Assembly: GCA_039193195.1 (NCBI GenBank)
Contig: JBCCWS010000001.1
Location: forward strand, 69,338 to 133,337
DNA length: 64,000 nt
From: Pseudomonadota bacterium
Lineage (GTDB): Bacteria > Pseudomonadota > Gammaproteobacteria > Steroidobacterales > JBCBZW01
Reading direction: 5' to 3'
Below are positions 11,168 to 20,894 of this stretch, one piece after another; the first letter of the stretch is position 1; every line of letters starts with the position of its first letter. Below the pieces are notes generated by a model. It saw only the letters and a list, made by a program, of their open reading frames with translations. It did no database searches and had not been told where the DNA came from. The position numbers and the translations under genes were made by a program.

Positions 11168-11983
11168 ATGACAGCTGATCCGCTTCGCTTCGCATCCCGC
11201 GTGCCGTTACTGCTCGCGCTGATAATGGGGATCACCTTCGCCAGCGGATCAGCCCAGGCCGACTGGTGGGGGGATGACTGCGAGGAGGAGACGCGCTTGG
11301 AGCGCGATGTGGATCTCGCCGGCATCCGCCTGGTGGCAATCGAAGCGGGGGCAGGCAGCCTCGAGGTGAACGGTCGCGCCGGCGTGGACCAGCTGGAGCT
11401 CATGGGGTTTGCCTGCGCTCGCACCTCAGAGCTGCTGCGGGAGGTGTCGCTGCAGGTGGAGCGCCGCGGTGACACGCTCGTGGTGGAGACCGTCTTGCCT
11501 CGCCGTCGCGACGAAAACGCTCGCTTGGACCTAGAAGTGGAGCTGCCACCTCACCTAGCGCTTCGCATCCGCGATTCCTCCGGCAGCTTGGAAGTGCGCG
11601 ATGTCGCCGCCCTAGAGCTGACCGACAGCTCCGGCTCGATCACCATCTCGCAAGTGCCGGGGGAGGTTTACATCGTGGCGGACTCGAGCGGCAGCATCGA
11701 TATCTCCGACGTCGGCGGCGTGCGGATCGACCAGGACTCGAGCGGAAGCATAGATGTGGCGCGCGCCGCGTCTGTCCATATCGAGCGCGACAGCTCTGGC
11801 TCGATTTCGGCCCGCGACGTGTTGGGCGATGTCTACGTGGGCAGCGACACCTCCGGCAGCATCGACGTCAACGATGTGGGAGGCAATTTCACCGTACGCC
11901 GCGATACGAGCGGCGGCGTTCGCCACCGCAACGTGGGCGGTGTGGTACAGATCGACGGCGAGCGCGGAGGCTCTCGCCGCTAG
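11168..11983 (+). CDS. Secreted repeat protein (DUF4097 / putative adhesin-like beta-helix) with about 7 DSSGSI repeats
   Basis: Signal peptide LLLALIMGITFASGSAQA. Repeats D(S/T)SGS(I/L) recur every 15-20 aa across 11573-11917. Confidence 0.6.
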   Translation: MTADPLRFASRVPLLLALIMGITFASGSAQADWWGDDCEEETRLERDVDLAGIRLVAIEAGAGSLEVNGRAGVDQLELMGFACARTSELLREVSLQVERRGDTLVVETVLPRRRDENARLDLEVELPPHLALRIRDSSGSLEVRDVAALELTDSSGSITISQVPGEVYIVADSSGSIDISDVGGVRIDQDSSGSIDVARAASVHIERDSSGSISARDVLGDVYVGSDTSGSIDVNDVGGNFTVRRDTSGGVRHRNVGGVVQIDGERGGSRR

Positions 11984-12012
11984 GTCCTACGCTTGGCGGG
12001 TACACTGGGGCC

Positions 12013-13122
12013 ATGCCACCCGCGCCCGTCCCCGGTGATCCGCCCTACGCAGAGCTCGTCGCTGCCTTCGGTTTCGCTGCCGCCGAGCCGCCGATTGCCT
12101 TCGGGCCCGGGCGCATCCACCGCAGCTTTCGCGTGGTCGATCGCGACGGAGCGTGGTTGCTGCAGCAGCTAAACACCCACGTGTTTCCGAACGTGTCTGC
12201 GCTGGCCGTAAATGTTGCCCGGGTCACCGCTCACCTCGCGGCGGCGTCCCGAAGCAGGCTTGAGGACGGGCGCCAGCGCCCGCAGCTAAGCCTGCGGGCC
12301 ACGGTCGATGGCGAGCCGCTGTACCAGGCAGAAGACGGCAGCTGGTGGCGGGCCTATCGGTTCATCGACGGCTGCGCGCCGAGCGAGCCCATCGATCTGG
12401 CTCAGGTCGAGCAAGCCGCCGCTTGCTTCGGCGAGTTCTTGCGCGCCTGCGCCGATCTGCCCGCCGACGGCTTGTTCCTGACCATCCCCGACTTTCACGA
12501 TACGGTGCGACGCTACGAGGTCTTCGCCAACGCCGTCGCAAGCGACGCTCTCGGCCGCGCCGCGGAGGCGAGCGAACTCATCGCTTTCGCCAAGGCGCGG
12601 GCGCCGCTCGCCGATCGACTCGAACGCCTCGCTCGTGACCATGGCATCCCCGAGCGCGTCGTACACAACGACTGCAAGCTGGACAACGTGCTGTTCGATG
12701 CGGATACGGGCGAAGCGTTGTGCGTGGTCGACCTGGACACGGTGATGCCGGGCTGGGCCTGGCATGACATCGGCGATCTGATCCGTTCGGCAGCTGCTAC
12801 TGGGGGCGAGGAGAGCGAGGCCCTGCGTATCGATGCCCAGCGCTTCGAAGCCGTGGTTAGGGGGTACCTGCGCGGCGTGGGCGATTTGCTGTCCCAGGCC
12901 GAAGTGGCCCATCTCACGGTGGCTGCTCAGGTGATTACCTATGAGCTCGGTTTGCGCTTCCTCGCAGATCATCTGAGCGGTGATCGCTACTTCCGAGTGC
13001 GGCAGGCGGGAGAGAACTTGCGCCGCGCGCAGCGGCAGTTCGCCCTGCTCAGCTCGATGGAGCGCCAGTCCAGAGTGCTGTCGGAGGTGGTCGACCGAGT
13101 GGTCATGGGTCTCGACGCCTAG
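12013..13122 (+). CDS. Aminoglycoside-phosphotransferase-fold kinase (APH/ChoK family; sugar or small-molecule kinase)
   Basis: Brenner-type catalytic loop HNDCKLDNVLFD and metal-binding VVDLDTVMPG. Confidence 0.7.
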   Translation: MPPAPVPGDPPYAELVAAFGFAAAEPPIAFGPGRIHRSFRVVDRDGAWLLQQLNTHVFPNVSALAVNVARVTAHLAAASRSRLEDGRQRPQLSLRATVDGEPLYQAEDGSWWRAYRFIDGCAPSEPIDLAQVEQAAACFGEFLRACADLPADGLFLTIPDFHDTVRRYEVFANAVASDALGRAAEASELIAFAKARAPLADRLERLARDHGIPERVVHNDCKLDNVLFDADTGEALCVVDLDTVMPGWAWHDIGDLIRSAAATGGEESEALRIDAQRFEAVVRGYLRGVGDLLSQAEVAHLTVAAQVITYELGLRFLADHLSGDRYFRVRQAGENLRRAQRQFALLSSMERQSRVLSEVVDRVVMGLDA

Positions 13123-13216
13123 GGCGGCGAAGCGAAGCAGCGTCACCTGGTTGCGCAGTAGCCGACCGACTTGGCATGCTGACAGACTGTCGTCTCCTGG
13201 GGTCACCTTCTCGCGC

Positions 13217-16200
13217 ATGTCGATTCGCCGAATCGCTCGCTGGCGTAGCGGCTGTGCTGCCACGCTCTCCTTCATCGCCCTGGTCTCGGTCGGCGCGGCA
13301 AACGGGCAGGAGGGACAACGACGAGAGGGTGCCGCCCTTAGCGTTGGCGTGCCCGTGCTCGGTGCCCCACTCTCCTACCGCGCTGAAGACGGAGAACCGG
13401 TCGGCGTGCTAGTCGACTACTGGCGCATGGCCCAGCGCGAGCTCGGCGCCCTGCGCGTGTCCCTATGTGCAGCGCCCGCCGATTGCTTGGCCGATCTGGA
13501 AGCCGGCATTCTCGACCTCGCCGGTCCGATGGCGGTCGTCGATGAGTCGCCAGCGGTGGCGTTTTCTTCCCCGATCCTAAGCCTGCCCATCGCGGCGGCC
13601 GTCCGCACCGCTCGCGAACGCGACGCGCGGTTGCTGAAGGGCGCACGCGTAGGCCTGCTGAAGGCGCAGGAAGACGCTGTGGCAGAGAGGTTTGGTGGCG
13701 GGCCCGAGGGGTGCCTCAGACACGGGGGCTGCGCGCCGATCGCCCGCTGGTCACCGGCGTCTGTGGTCACCGTCAGCGCAGACCGCGGTGCGGCCTCCCT
13801 GGGGACGATTTTGGGGACGGATGTCGATGTGTTGGTTGGCGCTCGAGCTAACCTTTCCTCAAGCCTAGGTGAGTCCTCTCGTGCGCAGCTAATCGACCTT
13901 TGGCGCCGCTGGCTGTACGTGGCGGCGCGGTCTGGTGATCGCGAGCGCTTGCAGGCGGTGCAGGGCGCGCTACTTGGGATATCGCCGACAGACCTTAGTG
14001 CGAACGCCGCGCTAGCGGAGGCCTTCGGTGGTGTCGAGGGCTTGGCCTTGCCGCTCGATGTGCCGCAGTTGAGCGATCGCGAGAAGCTGTTCATAGACCG
14101 CCATCCGGCGCTGCATCTCGCCGCGGCGGTATGGGAGCCGCTAACGGTGCTGGAGGGCCAACGTGCCACCGGCCTTGCGATCGATAGCGTGCGCTACCAC
14201 CTCGCCCGCCTTGGCGTCACCGCGGTGTTCGAGTTTGGCGATTGGTCGGCGGTTCGTGCCATGTCGGATGCGCGCCAGCTGGACGGCTTAGGGTACGTGG
14301 TCTCTAACCGACACCTGGAAGATGGGCAATACGTCCTGACCAACTCGGTGGTGGAGGCGCCGTTCGTCGTTGCCCTAGGGCCCGCGGCACCGTTCGTCGG
14401 CTCCGTGGATGAGATCGCCTCGCTGCCGGCAGTCATGGAACGCCGCTATCAGGGCTTTTTGCCGACGATCGAGGCAGCCTACCCAGGCCTAGATCCGAGA
14501 CTCGTGGCGAGCCCGCGGGAGGCAGTGGAGGCGCTGGCTCAAGGGCGCGCCCAGGTGTGGCTCGAGTTTCTGCCGATCGTGCGCTACACGATCGCTCAGT
14601 TCGGTGAGGATCGCGTGGGCGAGATTCGCACGATCGGCACACCGTTGTTCGAGCGTATGTCGACCGCCTTGGATCCTGAGCTGGCCCCCATGGTGACGCT
14701 GATTAATCGCTCGATCGACGCGGCGCCGGTGGGCCTGGCGGCGGTGCAGAGTCGTTGGCTTGAGTTGACTGTGGAACCGGAGCCCGGCGGGCGCAATCGC
14801 GGGGCCGGTCTCGGCCTCGGCGTATTGAGTCTGCTGCTAGCCGCCGGGTGCGCGCACTTGCTCCGCCAGCGGATGCTGCAGCGCGCGCGACTGCGTGCTA
14901 GTGAGGCAGCCCTGCGTCGCGCCCAGTTGCTGTCTGGCGTCGGTAGCTTGGAGGTGCCCCCACCCTACAACCGCGTGCTGCTGACCGGCGATACGGGCCA
15001 TTTACTCGGCCTGCCCCGGGGCACTGCCGAGCAGTCCTTGAGCGAGCACTTGGCGCTCTTTGGTAGGGAGGACGCCGCGCGTCTGGACCAGGCCTTAGAG
15101 TCGGCGTGGCGCGCCGGTTATGGCAACACGGTAGCGCTGTCGGCATCGGATCAGCGCCGCTTCTTGTATGAGTTCTCACCGCCTGAATCGACCGAACAGC
15201 AGACGGCTTCCGTGCTGGTCACCCTGCGCGACGTCACCGAGCAGACCCAGCGCGAAGAGCGAGAGCGCGCTCTGGAGCACGAAGTGATGGAGCGGCAGAA
15301 GCTCGATGCGGTCGGGCGCCTAGCCGCCAGTATTGCGCACGACTTCAACAACGTGCTGAGCGTGGTGTTGGGCAGCGCAGAGCTCGCCCTGCGCGATGTG
15401 CCTGAAGGACATCCTGCGCATAAACCGATCCAGCAGGTGCTGACCGCGGGCCTGCGCTCACGTGAGCTGATCGGTCAGATGCTCAACTCCGTGCGCCCTC
15501 CCGCGCGCGAGCGCCAGCGTTTCTCACTGCGGGCGGTGGTCTCCGACACCTTAGGACTGCTTAGCCACGGCATTCCCGCCACCGTTTCCCCTGCCATTGC
15601 CCTCGGACAGGATCCGCTCTACGTGGATGGCAACGACGTGCAGCTGCGACAGGTGGTGGGCAATCTGATCCGCAACGCCGTCGATGCCATGCCGCAGGGC
15701 GGTGAGCTCACAGTGGAGCTGAATAGTGAACAGACCTCGCTCGGTCCTCGGGCGCGCCTGCGCGTTGCCGACACCGGCGTGGGCATGAGCGAGGAGACCC
15801 TCGCCAACTGCTTCGAGTTCTTCTTCACCACTCGCGCGGAGGGAACCGGTCTGGGCTTGGCCATCGTGCGCAGCCTAGTCACCGCGCACCGTGGACGCGT
15901 GGAGGTGCGCTCGACGGTGGGCGAGGGCACTCAGTTCGACGTGTGGTTGCCCCTGGCGGAGGACCAACTAGATCCCCCGAGCCGCGATCGAGATGAGACC
16001 GCCTTGCAGCTCGTGTCCGACAACCCCGCGCAGAGGCCCGAGGAAGATCCTCCCACAGCATCTGCGGCGAGCGCTCTCGCCAGTAATCCACCGCACCTCC
16101 TGCTCGTAGATGACGAGCGCGAGATGCTAAGCGCCGTCTCCAGCGGCCTGCGGGCCCGTGGCTTTCGCGTGACGCCGGTGGTCGGCGCGGACGCTGCCCT

Positions 16201-16462
16201 GGCTGCCGTGGATCACCATCGCGCACTGTACGACATCGTGCTGACGGATCTGGCCATGCCGGGAATGTCCGGCCTCGATCTGGCCCGGGAGTTGAAGCGC
16301 CGCGAGCCGCGCCTGCCGGTCGTGCTGCTCGCCGCCGGCTCGGAAGATCCGAACGGCTTGGCGAGTTCGCGCCACATCGATCGGGTGCTCGACAAGCGAA
16401 TCAGTAATGACGATCTGTCCGGCGTCCTCGGTGAACTCGTCTACGGTTACGCGGCCTCCTGA
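13217..16462 (+). CDS. Hybrid sensor histidine kinase: two periplasmic solute-binding-like domains, TM, PAS, HisKA, HATPase, receiver
   Basis: H-box SIAHDFNNVLS, N-box LIRNAVDAM, G-boxes DTGVGM / GTGLGLAIV. C-terminal receiver LLLVDDERE ... DLAMPGMSG. Start moved to MSIRRIARW (ATG 13217) to remove the overlap with the upstream kinase. Confidence 0.85.
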   Translation: MSIRRIARWRSGCAATLSFIALVSVGAANGQEGQRREGAALSVGVPVLGAPLSYRAEDGEPVGVLVDYWRMAQRELGALRVSLCAAPADCLADLEAGILDLAGPMAVVDESPAVAFSSPILSLPIAAAVRTARERDARLLKGARVGLLKAQEDAVAERFGGGPEGCLRHGGCAPIARWSPASVVTVSADRGAASLGTILGTDVDVLVGARANLSSSLGESSRAQLIDLWRRWLYVAARSGDRERLQAVQGALLGISPTDLSANAALAEAFGGVEGLALPLDVPQLSDREKLFIDRHPALHLAAAVWEPLTVLEGQRATGLAIDSVRYHLARLGVTAVFEFGDWSAVRAMSDARQLDGLGYVVSNRHLEDGQYVLTNSVVEAPFVVALGPAAPFVGSVDEIASLPAVMERRYQGFLPTIEAAYPGLDPRLVASPREAVEALAQGRAQVWLEFLPIVRYTIAQFGEDRVGEIRTIGTPLFERMSTALDPELAPMVTLINRSIDAAPVGLAAVQSRWLELTVEPEPGGRNRGAGLGLGVLSLLLAAGCAHLLRQRMLQRARLRASEAALRRAQLLSGVGSLEVPPPYNRVLLTGDTGHLLGLPRGTAEQSLSEHLALFGREDAARLDQALESAWRAGYGNTVALSASDQRRFLYEFSPPESTEQQTASVLVTLRDVTEQTQREERERALEHEVMERQKLDAVGRLAASIAHDFNNVLSVVLGSAELALRDVPEGHPAHKPIQQVLTAGLRSRELIGQMLNSVRPPARERQRFSLRAVVSDTLGLLSHGIPATVSPAIALGQDPLYVDGNDVQLRQVVGNLIRNAVDAMPQGGELTVELNSEQTSLGPRARLRVADTGVGMSEETLANCFEFFFTTRAEGTGLGLAIVRSLVTAHRGRVEVRSTVGEGTQFDVWLPLAEDQLDPPSRDRDETALQLVSDNPAQRPEEDPPTASAASALASNPPHLLLVDDEREMLSAVSSGLRARGFRVTPVVGADAALAAVDHHRALYDIVLTDLAMPGMSGLDLARELKRREPRLPVVLLAAGSEDPNGLASSRHIDRVLDKRISNDDLSGVLGELVYGYAAS

Positions 16463-16542
16463 GGCGCCCTACGCGACGAGCAATGCGCAAAACCGCGCTC
16501 GGCGGTGGGCGCACGGCGGGGACTGCGGCACAATCCTGCGCC

Positions 16543-17553
16543 ATGTACTATGCAGCCGCCTGCCAGACCGATTTCCCCAGCCCAACCCACCGCCGGGAGA
16601 TCGCCGAGCGAACGAACCGTCAGTGCGAGATCATCACCCAGACCTTGAGCGGGTACGGGCCGTTCTTCGACGTGCGTTTGTTCGCGTTTCCGGAGTTCTC
16701 CCACGCGGCACCGGCCTACGAGCGCGTCGAAGACCTCCACTGTCACCTGGCGCTGCCAATACCGAACGAGCACACTGATCGCTATCAACGCCTGTGCCGC
16801 GAGCACGGCTGCTACCTGCAGACGGGCACCTTCCTCGAGCGCGATGACGATTGGCCGGGGCTTGTCTTCAACACGACGGTGTTGATCGGCCCCCACGGCA
16901 TCCTCTCCCGCTACCGCAAGGTGAACCCATGGTTGCCGTGGGAGGTACACACGAGCCCGCACGACCTGTTGCCCGACTACCCCGCCGATCCCTTTCCCGT
17001 CGTGGAAACGGAGCTCGGGCGCCTGGGCGCTGCCATCTGCTACGACTGGCTGTTCCCCGAGACCATTCGTGAACTCGCCTTTCGCGGCGCCGAGGTGCTT
17101 ATCCGTGTGTCCGCTTACATGGACCCTTGGGGCACGGCGCAGCCGATGGACTGGTGGACCTTGATCAATCGGACCCGTGCCCTGGAGAACACGGCCTACG
17201 TCGTAGCTGCTAATCAGGGTGCTAGCCTGCGGCACTACCCACCCTTCTCCTGGCCGGGTGGCAGCATGGTGGTCGACTACGACGGGCGTATCTTGGCTCA
17301 GGCCGAGGCAGGCGGTGGCGAGCGCGTGGTGGTGGCGCCGATCAACATCGAGACCCTACGCGCCGAGCGTGCGCGCCGCGCCGGCCACGACATGCGAAGT
17401 CACCTGCGCAGCGAAGTGCACGGCTATCTGCAGACGCCACGCCTTGCGCCTGGCGGCCGCGCCGCGCCGCAGGCCGGCGACATCGAGGCGCGAATTCGCG
17501 CCGCCAAAGCCACCTTGGGGCCGACCCCACCGACGTCAGAGAAGCAGGCGTGA
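16543..17553 (+). CDS. Carbon-nitrogen hydrolase (nitrilase superfamily) protein
   Basis: Glu-Lys-Cys triad context: FPEF, RYRKVNPW, AAICYDWLFPE. Start set at MYYAAACQTDF. The stop overlaps the next gene's start (GTGATG). Confidence 0.8.
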   Translation: MYYAAACQTDFPSPTHRREIAERTNRQCEIITQTLSGYGPFFDVRLFAFPEFSHAAPAYERVEDLHCHLALPIPNEHTDRYQRLCREHGCYLQTGTFLERDDDWPGLVFNTTVLIGPHGILSRYRKVNPWLPWEVHTSPHDLLPDYPADPFPVVETELGRLGAAICYDWLFPETIRELAFRGAEVLIRVSAYMDPWGTAQPMDWWTLINRTRALENTAYVVAANQGASLRHYPPFSWPGGSMVVDYDGRILAQAEAGGGERVVVAPINIETLRAERARRAGHDMRSHLRSEVHGYLQTPRLAPGGRAAPQAGDIEARIRAAKATLGPTPPTSEKQA

Positions 17554-20500
17554 TGCGTTACCGCGTGACCATTGCGACGGCCCTGCTGATGAGCGCATTC
17601 GCAGTCCTCCTTAGCGCCTGCGCCGGAGACGAGGGCAGGCAGGATAGCGGCTTGCCGAGTGAAGTTGTGGCCCTCAACAACCGCGGCGTAGGCCTGATGG
17701 GCTACTTCGACTACCCCGGCGCTCGAGAGGTGTTCGAGCAAGTCGTCGCCTCGCAGCCCGAGTGGATCGATGCCCGCGTGAATCTGGCGATCGCCACCTT
17801 GAACCGCCAGCAAGAGGGCGATGAGGCACGGGCCGACGCGATCCTGCAGGAGGTCCTCGCGCAGGCGCCGCAGCATCAGCGCGCGCACTTCGTGGCGGGT
17901 CTACTGCGCCTCTACGAAGGTGCGCAGAGCGCGGCCCTGATCCACTTCCAAAAGGTAGCGCAGGCTGATCCTGGCGATGCCTACGCCGCGTACTACACGG
18001 GGCAGCTGCTGGCCGTGGACTATCCGGAGCAGGCCCTCGATTGGTTCGAGCGCGCCATCGAGACTGACCCCTACCTACGCAGTGCTTACTACGGCGCCAG
18101 CATCGCCCTCAGGCGCTTGCGCCGGCGTGATGAGGCGGTGCGCATGCAGGAGCAGTACCTGCGCCTGGAGTCCAATCCGCGCGCTCGCTTGGCGGAGTTC
18201 AAGTACACCCGCATGGGACCCAAAGCCAACGCGCTGGCGGTGCCCGTACGAGGTCTGTCGCCTGCAGAGTCGACCACGGCGATTCCCGAGGGGGCCGCGT
18301 TCGCTGCCGCCGTGCCGGTCGCGCCGCAGTGGCAGTTACCCGAGTCGTCCACGCTGACCACGGCAGATCTCAATGGGGACGGTGAGCAGGATCTGTTCCT
18401 CAGCCGAGCGCGGACTAACGCGGCCCAAGCGTCCGCCAGCCTGGTGCTGCTCGCCGATGGCGATGGCTGGGGCGCCCTAGCCGATCATTCCCTAAGCGGT
18501 ATCGACGGCGTCGTGGCAGCGGCGTGGGCGGACTTCGACAACGATGGGGATGTCGACGCCTACCTGTGCCGCGCTGGAGTCGATCAGCTCTGGTATCGAG
18601 AAGGGGATAGCGAATGGCGGCTTCAGCCTGAGCAGCTGCTGGGACTTCGGCTGCCGGGCGACGATTGCCGCGACGTGGCCGCCTTCGATGCGGATCACGA
18701 CGGTGACGTCGACATCTTCGTGGTCGGGGAGCAAGCTAACGAACTGATCAACAATGATGGCGACGGCAGTTTTCGCGCCCTGGGGCAGTCCCAGGGACTG
18801 GCGGGATCGGGGGGAGGGCGTCAGGTGTTGGCCCTCGATATCGATGCTGACCGCGATACGGATATTGCCGTCCTGAACGCACAACCGCCCCACGCGCTGT
18901 TTCTCAACGATCGCCTGTGGCAGTACCGCACCCTGCAAACGCCCGCCTTCGCTGAGATCGGCGCGCGAGCGATGAGCGCCGGGGATGCGGATGCCGACGG
19001 CCAGGCTGAGCTGTACCTGCTGCAATCCGCCTCGGACGCGGTGACCGTGCTGGAGTGGGAGGGCGAGACGTTCACCGTTCAAGGCACGGCCGCCGTTGCT
19101 CCCGGCATGACCCAGCTCAGCCTGGGCGACTACGACGGCGATGGCGCGATGGAGCTGCTCGCGGCTGGCGAGGAAGGGGCCGTACGAATGGACGCGTCTA
19201 GTCTGCTCACCGATCGCCCGAGTGCGGGGCTGGCCGTGACCTCCTCCGCAGCCAGCACCCTCGTCCCTGTGCTCCGCGATGTGGCGGCAGGCCCGGGCTT
19301 GATGACCGTGGTCGACGGCGCTCTTCAGTGGCTCGGCCCCGGTGACGGACGTCATCCCTTCGCGTCGTTCGCCCTGGTGGGACGCGCGTCCGAGGCGGAT
19401 GCGATGCGCTCGAACGCCGCGGGGATCGGCACTCGCCTGGCCCTGCGTCGCGGTGAGTACTGGAGTGTGACCAGTACCTTCGACGGTGACTCTTCGCCCG
19501 GACAGAGCCTGCAGCCGGTGAGCCTCGGGCTCGGCGCCAGTGCCCAGGCGGACTTCGTGGCCATCGACTGGTCCGACGGGGTGTTCCAAACCGAGCTCGA
19601 CCTGCCTGCTGGCGCGCTGCATCGGATCGCCGAGACCCAACGCCAGCTGGCGAGCTGTCCAGTGTTGTTCGCGTGGAACGGTGAGGAATACGCCTTCGTA
19701 ACCGACCTGCTCGGTGTTGGTGGGATCGGCTTCCTTCTGGCACCGGGCGAGTACAGCACGCCGCGACCGTGGGAACGCATGCTCCTCAGCGAAGCGCAGC
19801 TGTCGCCGCGGCGCGGACGCCTGGCGCTCAAGCTCACCGAGCCGATGGAAGAGGTCGCCTACGTGGACCAGTTAGCGCTGCACGAGGTGCTAGTGCCGCC
19901 GGGCTGGCAGGTGATGCTGGATGAACGCCACAGCACGGATCCGCGGCGCCCACCGAGCGGCGAGCTGCGCTGGTATCGGGAATCGTTGCGGCCCCTAGGC
20001 GCACGCGATGGGCGAGGCCATGAGGTGCTGGCAGCCGTGCTCGATCGCGACGGTGTAGCAGTGCCGGTCGGGGTGCGTGACACGCGTTTCCTCGGCCGCC
20101 TGCAAGCGTCTCAGGTACTGACGATGGAGTTTGCCGCGGCCCTCGGCGAGCAGGACGGTAGAGCGCGCTGGCTGTTGGCCGATGGCTGGGTGGAGTACCC
20201 CTACTCGCAGACGCTATTCGCTGCCTGGCAGGCCGGTGTCACCTACGAACCGCCTTCGCTCGAGGTGAGTACCGACGGTGAGCATTGGCAGCTTGTTGCG
20301 GCGCGCTTCGGCTATCCCGCTGGGATGCCCCGGCAGATGGCCCTGCCGCTGCACGATCTTCCGCGAGGGGCCCGCTACCTGCGCCTGACAGGTAACTTGG
20401 AGATCTACTGGGATCGCTTGCGCGTGGCCCTGGTGGAGCCGGCGCCGACGCCGGCGCGGGTCACACCCCTGCCCCTGCAACGAGCGGTCTTGTCGCAGGT

Positions 20501-20894
20501 GGGTTTCCCCGTGCGCACGACCCATGCCCAGCGCCGCCCCCACTTCGATTATGGGCAACGCCAGACCTTCTGGGATACGCGCTACACGCGTGGTGCCTAT
20601 ACGGCCTTCGGTGACGTGCGCGAGCTGGTGGGTGAGCAGGATGACGCCCTTGCTCTGGTGGGTGCAGGGGAGGAGTTGCACGCTGAGTTTGCCGCGAGCG
20701 CCAGCTTCCCTGGCGAGGGCTGGTCGCGTCGCTATCTGTTGACCACCGCCGGCTGGGCCAAGGACATGGACCTGTACACACGCGACGGCGACTCGGTGGA
20801 CCCTATGCCCCATCGCAGCGACGAGCCCGGTGTTCTCGCCAGGCGCGACGCGCTGCACGCGCGCTTTCACACCCGCCCGCTCTCCGGAAAGTGA
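17550..20894 (+). CDS. Lipoprotein with N-terminal TPR repeats, FG-GAP/VCBS repeats, an ASPIC/UnbV-like segment and a roughly 480-aa uncharacterised C-terminal region
   Basis: Lipobox LLSAC. Repeated DxDxDGDxD calcium-loop motifs (DLNGDGEQDLFL, DFDNDGDVDAYL, DADHDGDVDIFV, DYDGDGAMELLA). UnbV-like GIGTRLALRRGEYWSV. Confidence 0.75.
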   Translation: MMRYRVTIATALLMSAFAVLLSACAGDEGRQDSGLPSEVVALNNRGVGLMGYFDYPGAREVFEQVVASQPEWIDARVNLAIATLNRQQEGDEARADAILQEVLAQAPQHQRAHFVAGLLRLYEGAQSAALIHFQKVAQADPGDAYAAYYTGQLLAVDYPEQALDWFERAIETDPYLRSAYYGASIALRRLRRRDEAVRMQEQYLRLESNPRARLAEFKYTRMGPKANALAVPVRGLSPAESTTAIPEGAAFAAAVPVAPQWQLPESSTLTTADLNGDGEQDLFLSRARTNAAQASASLVLLADGDGWGALADHSLSGIDGVVAAAWADFDNDGDVDAYLCRAGVDQLWYREGDSEWRLQPEQLLGLRLPGDDCRDVAAFDADHDGDVDIFVVGEQANELINNDGDGSFRALGQSQGLAGSGGGRQVLALDIDADRDTDIAVLNAQPPHALFLNDRLWQYRTLQTPAFAEIGARAMSAGDADADGQAELYLLQSASDAVTVLEWEGETFTVQGTAAVAPGMTQLSLGDYDGDGAMELLAAGEEGAVRMDASSLLTDRPSAGLAVTSSAASTLVPVLRDVAAGPGLMTVVDGALQWLGPGDGRHPFASFALVGRASEADAMRSNAAGIGTRLALRRGEYWSVTSTFDGDSSPGQSLQPVSLGLGASAQADFVAIDWSDGVFQTELDLPAGALHRIAETQRQLASCPVLFAWNGEEYAFVTDLLGVGGIGFLLAPGEYSTPRPWERMLLSEAQLSPRRGRLALKLTEPMEEVAYVDQLALHEVLVPPGWQVMLDERHSTDPRRPPSGELRWYRESLRPLGARDGRGHEVLAAVLDRDGVAVPVGVRDTRFLGRLQASQVLTMEFAAALGEQDGRARWLLADGWVEYPYSQTLFAAWQAGVTYEPPSLEVSTDGEHWQLVAARFGYPAGMPRQMALPLHDLPRGARYLRLTGNLEIYWDRLRVALVEPAPTPARVTPLPLQRAVLSQVGFPVRTTHAQRRPHFDYGQRQTFWDTRYTRGAYTAFGDVRELVGEQDDALALVGAGEELHAEFAASASFPGEGWSRRYLLTTAGWAKDMDLYTRDGDSVDPMPHRSDEPGVLARRDALHARFHTRPLSGK

